Positions 18,073 to 26,744 of a DNA stretch of 64,000 nucleotides are shown here, piece by piece. Positions within the stretch are counted from its first letter, which is position 1. Every line of letters begins with the position of its first letter. A program made the position numbers and the translations under genes. The notes beneath the pieces are model-generated. The model saw only the letters and a program-made list of their open reading frames with translations, did not search any database and had not been told where the DNA came from. Source of the stretch: Verrucomicrobiota bacterium (lineage in GTDB: Bacteria; Verrucomicrobiota; Verrucomicrobiia; Limisphaerales; UBA8199); assembly GCA_035358715.1 (NCBI GenBank), contig DAOPPX010000003.1, positions 14,300-78,299 of the forward strand, read 5' to 3'.

Positions 18073-18999
18073 TTGGCCGGGTGGTTTTCCTTCCACGTCA
18101 CCGCAGCCACCTTGGAAGAGGTTGCCCCCCATTTCGCCACAACTACTGAAATCGTTTGGAAGGTTCCAACCAACCAAGTGCCGAAGCGGTTATGGATATA
18201 CGGGATAGGGCCTCACGTCTTTTCAGCAGCGACAATTTCAAACGCCGTCGTTCTGGCAGGGTTTCAACAGAAGGGATTTCCGAAGCCGTCAGCAAAGGCC
18301 ACGGTCATTTGGGATAGAATTGCTGGCAGCACCGTTGGTGAGCCGCGTCCCCCCTATTTTGCTCTTACGCCGAAACGTGGGGCGATTCAGTATGACATTG
18401 GGGACCGCTGGCCGGATGCGCCCAACGAAATCTTGGCGGACCGGGCCGCCGTTGAATACGCATGGGATTGTCTTGCTCGGCTCGGCATAGACCGAGCGCA
18501 GTTCGTGAAAACAAACATCGCCAGTTTCGGCGTTGCTTTCCCGCGCCAGATAGATGGAATCCGATTCCAAGATGATTCCGAAGGCTTTTCATTCCAGCAA
18601 TACGGCAAGGACCGAAAACTGCGTTGCTTTTGCCTGACGCTTCCAACACTCGAACGCGTGAAGGAGGACACGACTGCCAGCCCGCAGGAAATCATCGCCG
18701 CCATTCGGGCGTTCAAGGTTCCGATAATGCCAAACGGGGAAGAAGCCGACTACTTCGCCAGAGTCAAAGCTATGTCGAAAGCCAAGAGGCTCACGATTAC
18801 AAAACTGTCGCTCTACTACGGCGAAGGAACAATTGGAGAGACACCGCCTGAAAATGAACTGCCGAAGGCTGTAACGCCGGTTGCGTATTTGGAAACCACC
18901 GCCGACTTTGGCACCAGCAACGCACCCCTGACGCTCGCTGCCCCCATCCTTTCCTCTGACGTGAGGCGACTTCTCCAGACGAAACACGGGCGCAAGTGA
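18073..18999 (+). CDS. Hypothetical, probably secreted protein
   Basis: 308-aa ORF; in-frame upstream NPIRALTILLAGWFSFHVTA looks like a signal peptide; start codon uncertain (TTG used). Confidence 0.55.
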   Translation: MAGWFSFHVTAATLEEVAPHFATTTEIVWKVPTNQVPKRLWIYGIGPHVFSAATISNAVVLAGFQQKGFPKPSAKATVIWDRIAGSTVGEPRPPYFALTPKRGAIQYDIGDRWPDAPNEILADRAAVEYAWDCLARLGIDRAQFVKTNIASFGVAFPRQIDGIRFQDDSEGFSFQQYGKDRKLRCFCLTLPTLERVKEDTTASPQEIIAAIRAFKVPIMPNGEEADYFARVKAMSKAKRLTITKLSLYYGEGTIGETPPENELPKAVTPVAYLETTADFGTSNAPLTLAAPILSSDVRRLLQTKHGRK

Positions 19000-19103
19000 A
19001 TACGTATCCATTCCTCAGCGCCGGGATGGACCGGGTATTGCGAACGGGTGGGGGGTGGTCCGCAGGGAGCGCAAAGCGCTCATATCCAGAAGTTGCGCAA
19101 TTC

Positions 19104-19352
19104 TTAGTGGCGTTTTGTGAGTTGTCGGTTCTGTTTGTCCAACTCCCGTTTCCTGCGTTCTGCGGCTTGGTGCTTGCTCAGCACGGACCGCAACCGAGCC
19201 GCCTTCTCCTTGTAGCCGTCAATCTGGATATTCAGTCGGTCGGCTCGGCCATCGGCTTCGTTAAGGTAGGGAGCGAGCGTGGCTTCAAGTTGGGCGAGCA
19301 AAACCTCAAGGGCCGCGAGGATTTTGGTGGGCTGGTAGGCGTTATCGGTCAT
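19104..19352 (-). CDS. Small coiled-coil hypothetical protein
   Basis: 82 aa, helical and charged; overlaps upstream ORF by ATGA. Confidence 0.5.
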   Translation of the reverse strand: MTDNAYQPTKILAALEVLLAQLEATLAPYLNEADGRADRLNIQIDGYKEKAARLRSVLSKHQAAERRKRELDKQNRQLTKRH

Positions 19353-19627
19353 TTTGCCCTCCCGTCTGACTGCGAGCCGGATGGCGTGGTCCTTGGCTTG
19401 CTAGCCAGCCAGCGTTTCAGCTTCTCCATCTCGGCGTCGTTGCGTCGGTGTCTCTCGGTGGTGCGTTGCTTGGCGTCGTCAATGATAGCAGTGGCCATCC
19501 TCTCGATGCGGGCGGCTCGCTCCTCAGCGGAGCCAACTGCGTCGGTTTTTTGGGTATCATTCATCTTTCGGTTCTCTTTCTCCTTTAACGGCGGGTCATT
19601 CCGCCACTGAGTATAAATACCGGCCAC
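19349..19627 (-). CDS. Small hypothetical protein
   Basis: Charged helical ORF coupled to 19104-19352; real start may be MNDTQK (~19563). Confidence 0.45.
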   Translation of the reverse strand: MAGIYTQWRNDPPLKEKENRKMNDTQKTDAVGSAEERAARIERMATAIIDDAKQRTTERHRRNDAEMEKLKRWLASKPRTTPSGSQSDGRAK

Positions 19628-19791
19628 CGCGGAGAAGTCGTCGGGATAATCGAAGCAACCACTCGTGGCCGAGCCTACTTATGGACGGCCGAAGCCTCAG
19701 GTTCAGCGAACCACCGGTTCTCCTTTGGCCTGCCCCATGCATCGTCATCGTGGGGCCTCGTGCGAACCCACGTCCAACACAGGGGGTGATA

Positions 19792-19821
19792 TGTTTACCT
19801 CTGTGGTGGCATAATGGAGGG
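19792..19821 (+). repeat. Left arm of 30-bp inverted repeat flanking polymerase-like gene
   Basis: tgtttacctctgtggtggcataatggaggg; 29/30 match to reverse complement of 21228-21257. Confidence 0.9.
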
Positions 19822-19862
19822 TAGTAGATGTAGAGAGAAAAAGATTACTTGGAGTTACAGCC

Positions 19863-21206
19863 TCACCTGACCACCACGGCAACACCGAACTGCCGAACAG
19901 CGTTTTGTTGGATGAATGCCTTGACCTTGTCGAGTTTGCCCGTGATGTCGTGGTCATCCCGTTCCGCGAACACGCCAACTCCATCATACTCGTAAGCCAA
20001 TGTCAGCCCCAGACCATCAGCAAAGCCGTAAAGGGCTGGGTCGAGCATCAACGGCCCTTCGTATTCTTCCGTGATGAGCCTGCCAGTGATACGTCGGTCC
20101 TCCATCGCGGTCCATACTCTGGCCATCTCCGGAAATCGTCTTTGGAACCACGCCTCCAACCTTCGGTTGTCCGTCCGGTTGGTTCGGCCATCGGTCCTCC
20201 GTTTGTATTGTCTCGCACCATTCAGCCACGAGTTGAGGCAGTCCTTGAAATCTGCTCTTGGCGTGGTGATACCGGCTTCCCTGACAATCGCGTCCCGCGG
20301 GTCTGTATCGTGGTCGGTGAAAAGGCCGGTCCATTCCCGATGCTCCCTTTCCAAGTCAACCCGGTTGACCGCCACGCCGAGTTTCGCGTCAATGGCCGCG
20401 GCTTCGTTGGTATAGAACTCCCACAGCAATCGGCCAAGGAAAGTCGGGTGACAGGCTCGGACGTCCAAGGTCGCGACGTAGGGCCTGCCACGGAAAAGAG
20501 CGAACTGCCGGTATTTACTGGAGAGGCCAACGAACTCGTGATAGATGCGGCCTTCCTTAATCTCTAAGTTACCAAAATCCCGCCTCACGATGGCCAGCAG
20601 ATGGTGAAGGGCGGAGTTGAAACGTCCCGGCTCCTCCCGTTCGTCTCGCCGTAGTTGTGCGAGCACCGCATCCACGTCGAACTCCACCGAGCGATTGAAG
20701 CCGTCAATGATTTGCTTGATTGGCTCCTCGTAAGCCTTCAGCGTCATCTTACGCTTGGAAATGGCCACCTGATTTCGTCGCCGGGTTTGCGGGTCCTTCA
20801 GCAAATGGTAGAGCCACTGAAAGATGCCACCGGTCACCAGCCTGCGGCCCACGTCCGTAATTGCGAAGTTGCGGCATTCGCCCTCTGCGAACGCGTTTGC
20901 TGGTGGCCGATACGGAGTGAAGGTGAGCAAGCCAAGGTCCCTGAGAGCGTCGCGGTAATGCGTGTGCGAGTGCCGGAATGACCGAAACCGGCTTTCGATG
21001 TCCCTGTAGTCCCAAGTCACGGGCTTGCCATCGTTCCGTTCCACTGCGGCGTCAATCGCTCGTAGCCAGTATTGAGCTGTGTTGATGGCCTCCGGCTTCG
21101 CTTGGAAGAGAGGATGCTTGATGAGCAGGTCAAAGAGGTCCTTGCTTACCTTGACCCTGTCCCAAACGCGATAAGGTGAGTTGTCTGGTGCTTGACCATT
21201 AGCCAT
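19863..21206 (-). CDS. wHTH + minimal PolA/T7-RNAP-superfamily (TV-Pol-like) putative replication protein
   Basis: GRIYH pre-motif, motif A-like VATLDVRACHP, motif B-like RADFKDCLNSWLNG, 'WFQRRFPEM', motif C-like LAYEYDGVGV; N-terminal wHTH-like segment. Family assignment is by motif order only. Confidence 0.6.
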   Translation of the reverse strand: MANGQAPDNSPYRVWDRVKVSKDLFDLLIKHPLFQAKPEAINTAQYWLRAIDAAVERNDGKPVTWDYRDIESRFRSFRHSHTHYRDALRDLGLLTFTPYRPPANAFAEGECRNFAITDVGRRLVTGGIFQWLYHLLKDPQTRRRNQVAISKRKMTLKAYEEPIKQIIDGFNRSVEFDVDAVLAQLRRDEREEPGRFNSALHHLLAIVRRDFGNLEIKEGRIYHEFVGLSSKYRQFALFRGRPYVATLDVRACHPTFLGRLLWEFYTNEAAAIDAKLGVAVNRVDLEREHREWTGLFTDHDTDPRDAIVREAGITTPRADFKDCLNSWLNGARQYKRRTDGRTNRTDNRRLEAWFQRRFPEMARVWTAMEDRRITGRLITEEYEGPLMLDPALYGFADGLGLTLAYEYDGVGVFAERDDHDITGKLDKVKAFIQQNAVRQFGVAVVVR

Positions 21207-21227
21207 TCATTTACCCTAAACTATACT

Positions 21228-21257
21228 CCCTCCATTATGCCACCACAAAGGTAAACA
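21228..21257 (-). repeat. Right arm of 30-bp inverted repeat (promoter position of polymerase-like gene)
   Basis: ccctccattatgccaccacaaaggtaaaca; on the minus strand contains TGGCATAAT (extended -10-like) about 25-30 nt before the start codon. Confidence 0.88.
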
Positions 21258-21272
21258 CCATCCAGCCGCACG

Positions 21273-21299
21273 AAAAACCCCGAACCGAAGTCCGGGGTC
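21273..21299 (-). terminator. Rho-independent terminator
   Basis: Minus strand accccggac-TTCG-gttcggggt followed by TTTT, after the coiled-coil/wHTH gene. Confidence 0.8.
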
Positions 21300-21320
21300 T
21301 GCTGGTATTGGCTCGGGCGA

Positions 21321-21725
21321 TTACGCTGCGGCCTTCATCCCGTATTTGCCATCGGCCAACGCGAACACTGCCTTGGCTCCGGTGGACTTCTTCTTCAGTA
21401 CGTTCTTGATTTTCCACGACGTGAAGGCATCGCCGACTGCCGCAATGATTTCGTCAGCCGTCAGCGGCTTACCCTTGGCAGTGAGCACTTCGGCAATCTT
21501 GGTCTCAGCCTTTGGCTTCATCGGTTGCGGCTTCCACTCCGGGTCCAGTTGTCGGACCTCGGCGTCGAGGGCCACCAGTTCCGCCCTCATCTCCGCGTAT
21601 CGGTCTTTAAGGGGCTGGGCCAGAGCGACCCGCTGCTGGTTCAAGGCTTGGATTTTCGCGTTGATGTCGGCCAGTGCCGCTTGGGCGTTTTTGCTTCCAG
21701 TTCGGTCTACTGATATGTTTTTCAT
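21321..21725 (-). CDS. Coiled-coil + winged-helix DNA-binding protein (H-NS/Lsr2-like architecture)
   Basis: MKNISVDRTG... 134 aa: N-terminal heptad helix, Pro-rich linker, Lys-rich wHTH-like C-terminus; paralog at 31716-32126. Confidence 0.7.
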   Translation of the reverse strand: MKNISVDRTGSKNAQAALADINAKIQALNQQRVALAQPLKDRYAEMRAELVALDAEVRQLDPEWKPQPMKPKAETKIAEVLTAKGKPLTADEIIAAVGDAFTSWKIKNVLKKKSTGAKAVFALADGKYGMKAAA

Positions 21726-21793
21726 ATTGGCAGGGCTTGTCCCACGGGACCGCAAACCCGGCAACAGCCAAGGAGCGAATAGTTGAGCCACGG

Positions 21794-22906
21794 CTAAAAC
21801 GTGAGCCGGTTGGCCATCTTCCGCATATGCTCCCGGTTCAAGTGGCCGTAGGTTTTCCCGATGAGCACGCCGCCATCCTTGTGCCCGACCCACTTGGCGA
21901 TGGTCATATAGTCAATGCCCGTCATCACGCAGGTTGAGATGAAGTAGTGGCGGCACAAATGAAGGGTGAAATCCGGCAACCCCACAACCCGGCGAACCCC
22001 TTCAACCATTTTCTGAAACGACTGAACGGCGGTCTTTGTCCGGTGCGGTTTGCCCAAACGGTATGACGGGAAGAGATACGGAACCCCCTGAATCGCTTTG
22101 GCCTTCATACACAGCAGGTGGTTTTCCAAATTGCGGCTGAAGTCAACGCGACGGCTTTCAAAGTTCTTTGTCGTGTCCCCCTGAAACACCAATTGCCGGT
22201 TTTGCCAATCCACATTTTCCCATTTCAGATTCGCCACTTCGGATTTACGCCCACCTGTGAACATTAAAAGCAGGAGGAAGTCGGCAAACTGTTCCCCTGT
22301 AATGGGGTGGTTTCGCAGGGCTTCGGTTCCAATCCTGAGAAGGTCATCCGTCGAGAACAACCTTCGCTCTACGGACTTCACCTTTAACGGCGTGATACCG
22401 TCGAACGGCAGCTTCTGGATGTATCTTTCCGTTCTCGCCAGCTTCAACACCGCCCGAAGGGCTTTGACGTGATGATTGGCCGTAGTCGGCGACAACCCCC
22501 TTTCGAGCATCTTCCCGCGATAGGAGAGGATTTGACGCGACGTGATTTTGCTGATTTTCATGTCCGCCCCCAAAAACTTTTCCCAGTGCTTCAGGCAATT
22601 GTCTTCACGAATCGCCGACACCTTGGACCTGCCCGACACCTTCCGGTAATGCTCACGGAACGTTTTGAAATCCGGCGCTGAACGCGTGCTGGCGATTTCT
22701 CCGTCCTTGATTCCCTTCAACACGTCATACATCGCTTTGACGGCTTCCGTTCGGCTGGCTGCGCCGTTCAACCGGATGCGGTTGTTCCTTTTGATTCCGG
22801 TTTCAGGGTCAACCACCATCGCCTGAACGTAGAAGGAGCCGTTTCGCTGCCACAGCCCGCGGACCCTTCGGCGTGAACCGTCGAATACCTTTTGGAATGA
22901 CTTCAC
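21794..22906 (-). CDS. Tyrosine integrase (element 1)
   Basis: TGGRKSE (R), TTKN (K), HLCRH (HxxR), WVGHKDGG...KTYGH (H, Y); adjacent to att. Confidence 0.96.
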   Translation of the reverse strand: MKSFQKVFDGSRRRVRGLWQRNGSFYVQAMVVDPETGIKRNNRIRLNGAASRTEAVKAMYDVLKGIKDGEIASTRSAPDFKTFREHYRKVSGRSKVSAIREDNCLKHWEKFLGADMKISKITSRQILSYRGKMLERGLSPTTANHHVKALRAVLKLARTERYIQKLPFDGITPLKVKSVERRLFSTDDLLRIGTEALRNHPITGEQFADFLLLLMFTGGRKSEVANLKWENVDWQNRQLVFQGDTTKNFESRRVDFSRNLENHLLCMKAKAIQGVPYLFPSYRLGKPHRTKTAVQSFQKMVEGVRRVVGLPDFTLHLCRHYFISTCVMTGIDYMTIAKWVGHKDGGVLIGKTYGHLNREHMRKMANRLTF

Positions 22907-22912
22907 CCTTCA

Positions 22913-22933
22913 ACCAGAACAGGGACCAGAACA
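22913..22933 (+). promoter_or_regulatory. Putative integrase arm-type sites (right end of element 1)
   Basis: ACCAGAACA x2 with 12-bp period, immediately upstream of the integrase GTG. Confidence 0.7.
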
Positions 22934-23014
22934 ACTGGCCAGCGTCAGGAAGGGGAATCGGGGATGCTCTTGGCCGGGAATACCTTGTGGCACATTGGTT
23001 TTATCGTCGGGCCT

Positions 23015-23060
23015 CCTCCGGAGCCGAAGGTTGAGAGTTCGACCCTCTCCTCGCGTACCA
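23015..23060 (+). repeat. att duplication of tRNA-Arg 3' half (internal att)
   Basis: cctccggagccgaaggttgagagttcgaccctctcctcgcgtacca, identical to 15351-15396; no tRNA 5' half upstream. Confidence 0.95.
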
Positions 23061-23238
23061 TCTTTTTGGCGGCTTTATTGAGGTTTTCAGCGGAATTAAG
23101 GAATCAGAGGAGGGTTTTTCGCCGGCTTTGTTGGCCACTTTGTTGGCTTTTTTTCTTGTTTGGGACTGTTGGTTTCGGTAGATTTCAGGTGGTTGCAATC
23201 GGACCGAAAACTGATCACCAACACGGAAAAGAGGAATT

Positions 23239-25446
23239 ATGCACCTTGAAATGCGAACCGAAGCCAACGGAGACGTGCGCCGAATTTGGTATGGGCGGTT
23301 CATGGTCAATGGCAGGCGCGAGTGCGTGAACCTCGGCGTCAAGATGACGGGGACGCCCCCGGCGTCGGGGCGGCTGCGGGACCGCGGGGACGCGGCGTTC
23401 GAGCAGTCGCGGGGGGCGGCGGCGCTGCGGCTGAAACAGGTGGCAGCCGAGGCGCGAACCGTGCGGGACTCGGCGCGGCTGGTCGAGAGGTTATACGCTC
23501 TCAAGACGGGCAAAGAGGTGCGGGAGGTGAAGCTGTCGGAGCTGGAGACAGAGTGGGCCGGGCTGGCGCGCCGACGGGCGCTCGCGGACAAGTACGCGCG
23601 GGAAGGGCGGAAGACGTTGGGGCGGCTGGTGGCGTTCGTGCGGTCGCGCAATCGGCGAGCAACGGACCTGGCGCACGCGGACCCGGAGACCGTGGCCGCA
23701 TTCATGCAGGCCGAGAAGGATCGGGGGGTTAGCGGACGGACGTGGAACAAGAAGCTGAAGCTGCTGCGGTCGGCATTCAGACATTTGTTGCCGAGCGGCG
23801 CGCCTAATCCGTTCGACCGGCTGGTGACGCGGGAGGAGGCAATGGTGTTCCGGCAGCCGTTCACGGCGGCAGAATTGAGGGCCATCCTGGAAGCCGCGAA
23901 GGACGACGATTTTATCCGGCCAATCATTGTGACGGGCATGTGCACGGCCATGCGCCGGGGCGATTGCTGCCTGCTCAAGTGGAAGGACGTGGACTTGCGG
24001 GGCGGGTTCGTGACGGTCAAGACGGCGAAGACGGGCGGGACGGTGAGCATCCCGATTTTTGGCCGGCTGCGGGATGAACTCGCGAAGAGGGCGGAGAAGG
24101 CGGCTAAAAAGCTGAAAACTGGAAAGCTGAAGGCTGAAATCAGGGGGCCGGGGGTTGGTGAGGGAGCGGCTCGCTCGGAGAGCAAGGCCTATCACGGAGA
24201 GGGCTTCGTGTTCCCTGAGGCGGCAGCGATGTATCGTTCGAATCCTGACGGCATCACGCGGCGGGTGAAACAGGTGCTGTGGGCGGCCTTAGCGGGCGGG
24301 GGGGCTCCGGCGCGCAAAGGGGTGGAGGTGCCGGCCGAGGAGGTGCGGCGGCGTGGCGAGGCTTACCTGGCCGGGCTGCCCGCGGGAGAGCGCACGGAGC
24401 GCCTGGTGCGGGTGTTCGGCCTTTACATGGACGGGGGCAGCGTGGATCAGGTTGCCAAGGCCGCCGGCGTGAGCCAGAGTTCCGTTTCGGTTTATCTGAA
24501 TGAGATCGCGGCGGCGATCGGGTGCGGGGTGGTGCGGTGGCAGGCTGGCGCGGGCAGCGTGGCCAGGGCTCTGAAGGCGGACGATTCGGTGTTGCGCTCG
24601 GCGCGAGCGGGCGGGCTGAGGCGCGCCAGTGTGCGGGACTTCCACAGTCTGCGCGTGACCTGGGTGACGCTGGCTTTGTCGGCGGGTGTGCCGTTGGAAC
24701 TGGTGCAGCGGGTGCGCGCAGCGATCAGGCATTCCCGCTTCGGCAGCGACTCGGACACGTACAAAGACAAGTTTCTCAACTGGTGGATGGGGCTTGAGTT
24801 TTTGGCACACGTCAGCCAGGGCGAGAACATCGGACGAACAGTCGCAATCCATGCGAGCGATGCGTTGCTGCAACGATATCTTTATCGGCTGGTCAGCGAT
24901 CTGGTGAGGACGCTCAAGGGGCAGCAGATCACCTGGGACGCGGATTTTGCAACGGCATCGGGGGCGGCAACGCTGAATGACTTGGAATACCCTGCCGCGC
25001 TCAAGTTGCTGCAAACGCCAGCGGCGGCAACGAAGCTGGCCGCCAGTTTTGGGGACAATCCGGTCGCCGGCCTTCGGATTGCCCGCCTAGCGACGGCCCT
25101 TCAAGACCCCAAGAAAACGGCTGATCTTCTGGCTGCGCATCATCGGCATTTGCTGTGGCAGCTTAGCAGGCTGTACCGGATCCGATGCTGCATCGTCCAC
25201 GGCTCCCAGGTCCGGTTCAAACTGCCTTTATTCGCCGCGAATGTGGAATTCTACTTAAAGGAGCTCATAACCGTTTGCTTGCGGGCGCTCACATTGAATC
25301 CCCACGTTGCTTCGTTGCGGGAGGTCTTCCAGCGCGCGGCGTTCGCCCGTCAGCGAGTGGACGGCGAACTGCGGGCAACCCCGCCGAATCCGGACGCCAT
25401 CCGTAACGCCGTCTTCAACTCGGTCATAATCCAAGAGAATCCCTGA
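23239..25446 (+). pseudogene. In-frame chimera: truncated Tyr integrase (to ~24714) fused to HEPN-domain protein C-terminus
   Basis: MRRGD, VKTAKT, DFHSLRVTW, GVPLELVQRV, then an abrupt switch where the 'GH...Y' should follow. The C-terminus has NWWMGLEFL and the R-x4-H motif RCCIVH. ctttgttggc direct repeats (23126, 23138) upstream resemble arm sites. Confidence 0.75.
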
Positions 25447-25454
25447 GCAACGCC

Positions 25455-26744
25455 ATGACCGATAAACCAAGATTGATTGAGGTCGCCTTTCCGCTGAAGC
25501 AGGCGTCGCTGACGAGCGTGCATGAGAAAAATGTGCGGCATGGGCACATCTCGACGCTGCACATCTGGCCAGCGCGACGGCCACTGGCGGCGTGCCGGGC
25601 GGCGCTGCTCTGCACGCTGTTGCCTGATCCGGGCGACGCGCAGAAGCGGCAGGAACTGCTCGACATGATTGGCGGGAAGGTGGTGAACCGCGTCGTCCCG
25701 TCGGAGGACGAAGAGGGCAACGCGGTTTCTGAGGAAAAGGAAACGGTAGAGGGTGGCGTCCTGGCGTGGGGCAATGAGAATGCAGCGGAGATGGATATCT
25801 TGCGCGCGGCCATCAAGGAGTTCTACGCCGGCAGCGCCCCTAAGGTGCTGGACCCGTTTGCGGGCGGCGGTGCTATTCCGTTGGAGGCGATGCGGCTGGG
25901 GTGCGAGGTTACGTCGGCAGACCTGAATCCGGTGGCGTGGTTCATCCAGAAATGCACGCTGGATTACCCGCAGCGATTCGCGGGAAAGAAATGGCCGCTG
26001 CCGGGGTTCGTGCGCGAGTGGCCGGATTTTGTGGAGGATTTCATCGCGGGCAAGATGAAGAAGCGGAAGGGCGAGCAGAAACCGCATTTCACGGATGCAA
26101 AGCAGATTCAACTATTGGCGCTAGAGGATGCGGACCTGGCGTGGCATGTGCGTGCCTGGGGGCGCTGGGTGTTGGAGCGAGCGCGACAGGACCTGGCGGC
26201 ACGCTACCCGATGGCGGACGGCGAACCGACCGTAGCTTACCTGTGGGCGCGCACCGCACGCGACCCGCAAACGACCGGACGGATCCCGCTACTCAAGACG
26301 TTTTGGCTTGGGAAGAAGAAGGGCAAGCGCGCCGCGTTGCTTCCCGTGCCGAAGGCCGACGGCTCGGGCGTGACTTTCAAGCTCCTGCGTGAAGCAGACC
26401 TGGCGCAACCACAACGTGTGGTAGAACAACATGAGTTCTTACAGCGGTGGGAGGTGACCGGAGAAACGCTGGAAGACTTTTTGAATGACGGGACGATGAA
26501 CCGCGCCGGCGTGTGGAGTCCTTGTGGTGGGCGCCCCGGGATCATTGCGCTTACCACGAAGGATGACCTGCCGCGCCAAGGCAACCAGCGTTTGCTGGGC
26601 ACGCAAATGGTCGCCGTTGTCGTAGAGCGGAAAGAGCCGAACCGGAAGAGGCCTACAAAGGTGTACAGGTTGCCCAACGAGCAGGAGATCTCGGCGGCAG
26701 TGGTGGCCGAGCAACCTGAAGACGGAACTGCCGCGCGTGATTGA
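25455..26744 (+). pseudogene. DUF1156 adenine DNA methyltransferase, C-terminally truncated
   Basis: RLIEVAFPL, TLHIWPARRPLAACRA, VLDPFAGGGAIPLEAMRLG, YLWART; ends before the catalytic DPPY-type region. Confidence 0.85.

Larger units (their letters stand above)
15351..23060. mobile_element. Integrative element 1 at tRNA-Arg (apparently intact, 7,664-bp circle)
   Basis: Identical 46-bp direct repeats 15351-15396 and 23015-23060 starting at the anticodon loop; integrase next to the right att; matching arm-type repeats at both ends. Confidence 0.92.

Noticed and set aside
23015-23060. Additional tRNA genes at 23015 and 33414
   Set aside because: Only the 3' half from the anticodon loop is present; the upstream sequence cannot form acceptor or D arms. 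These are att duplications.
24715-24765. H...Y in 'RHSRFGSDSDTY' rescuing the integrase catalytic His/Tyr
   Set aside because: The segment reads as part of the HEPN partner (it leads into NWWMGLEFL) and is offset from the normal position; probably coincidence.
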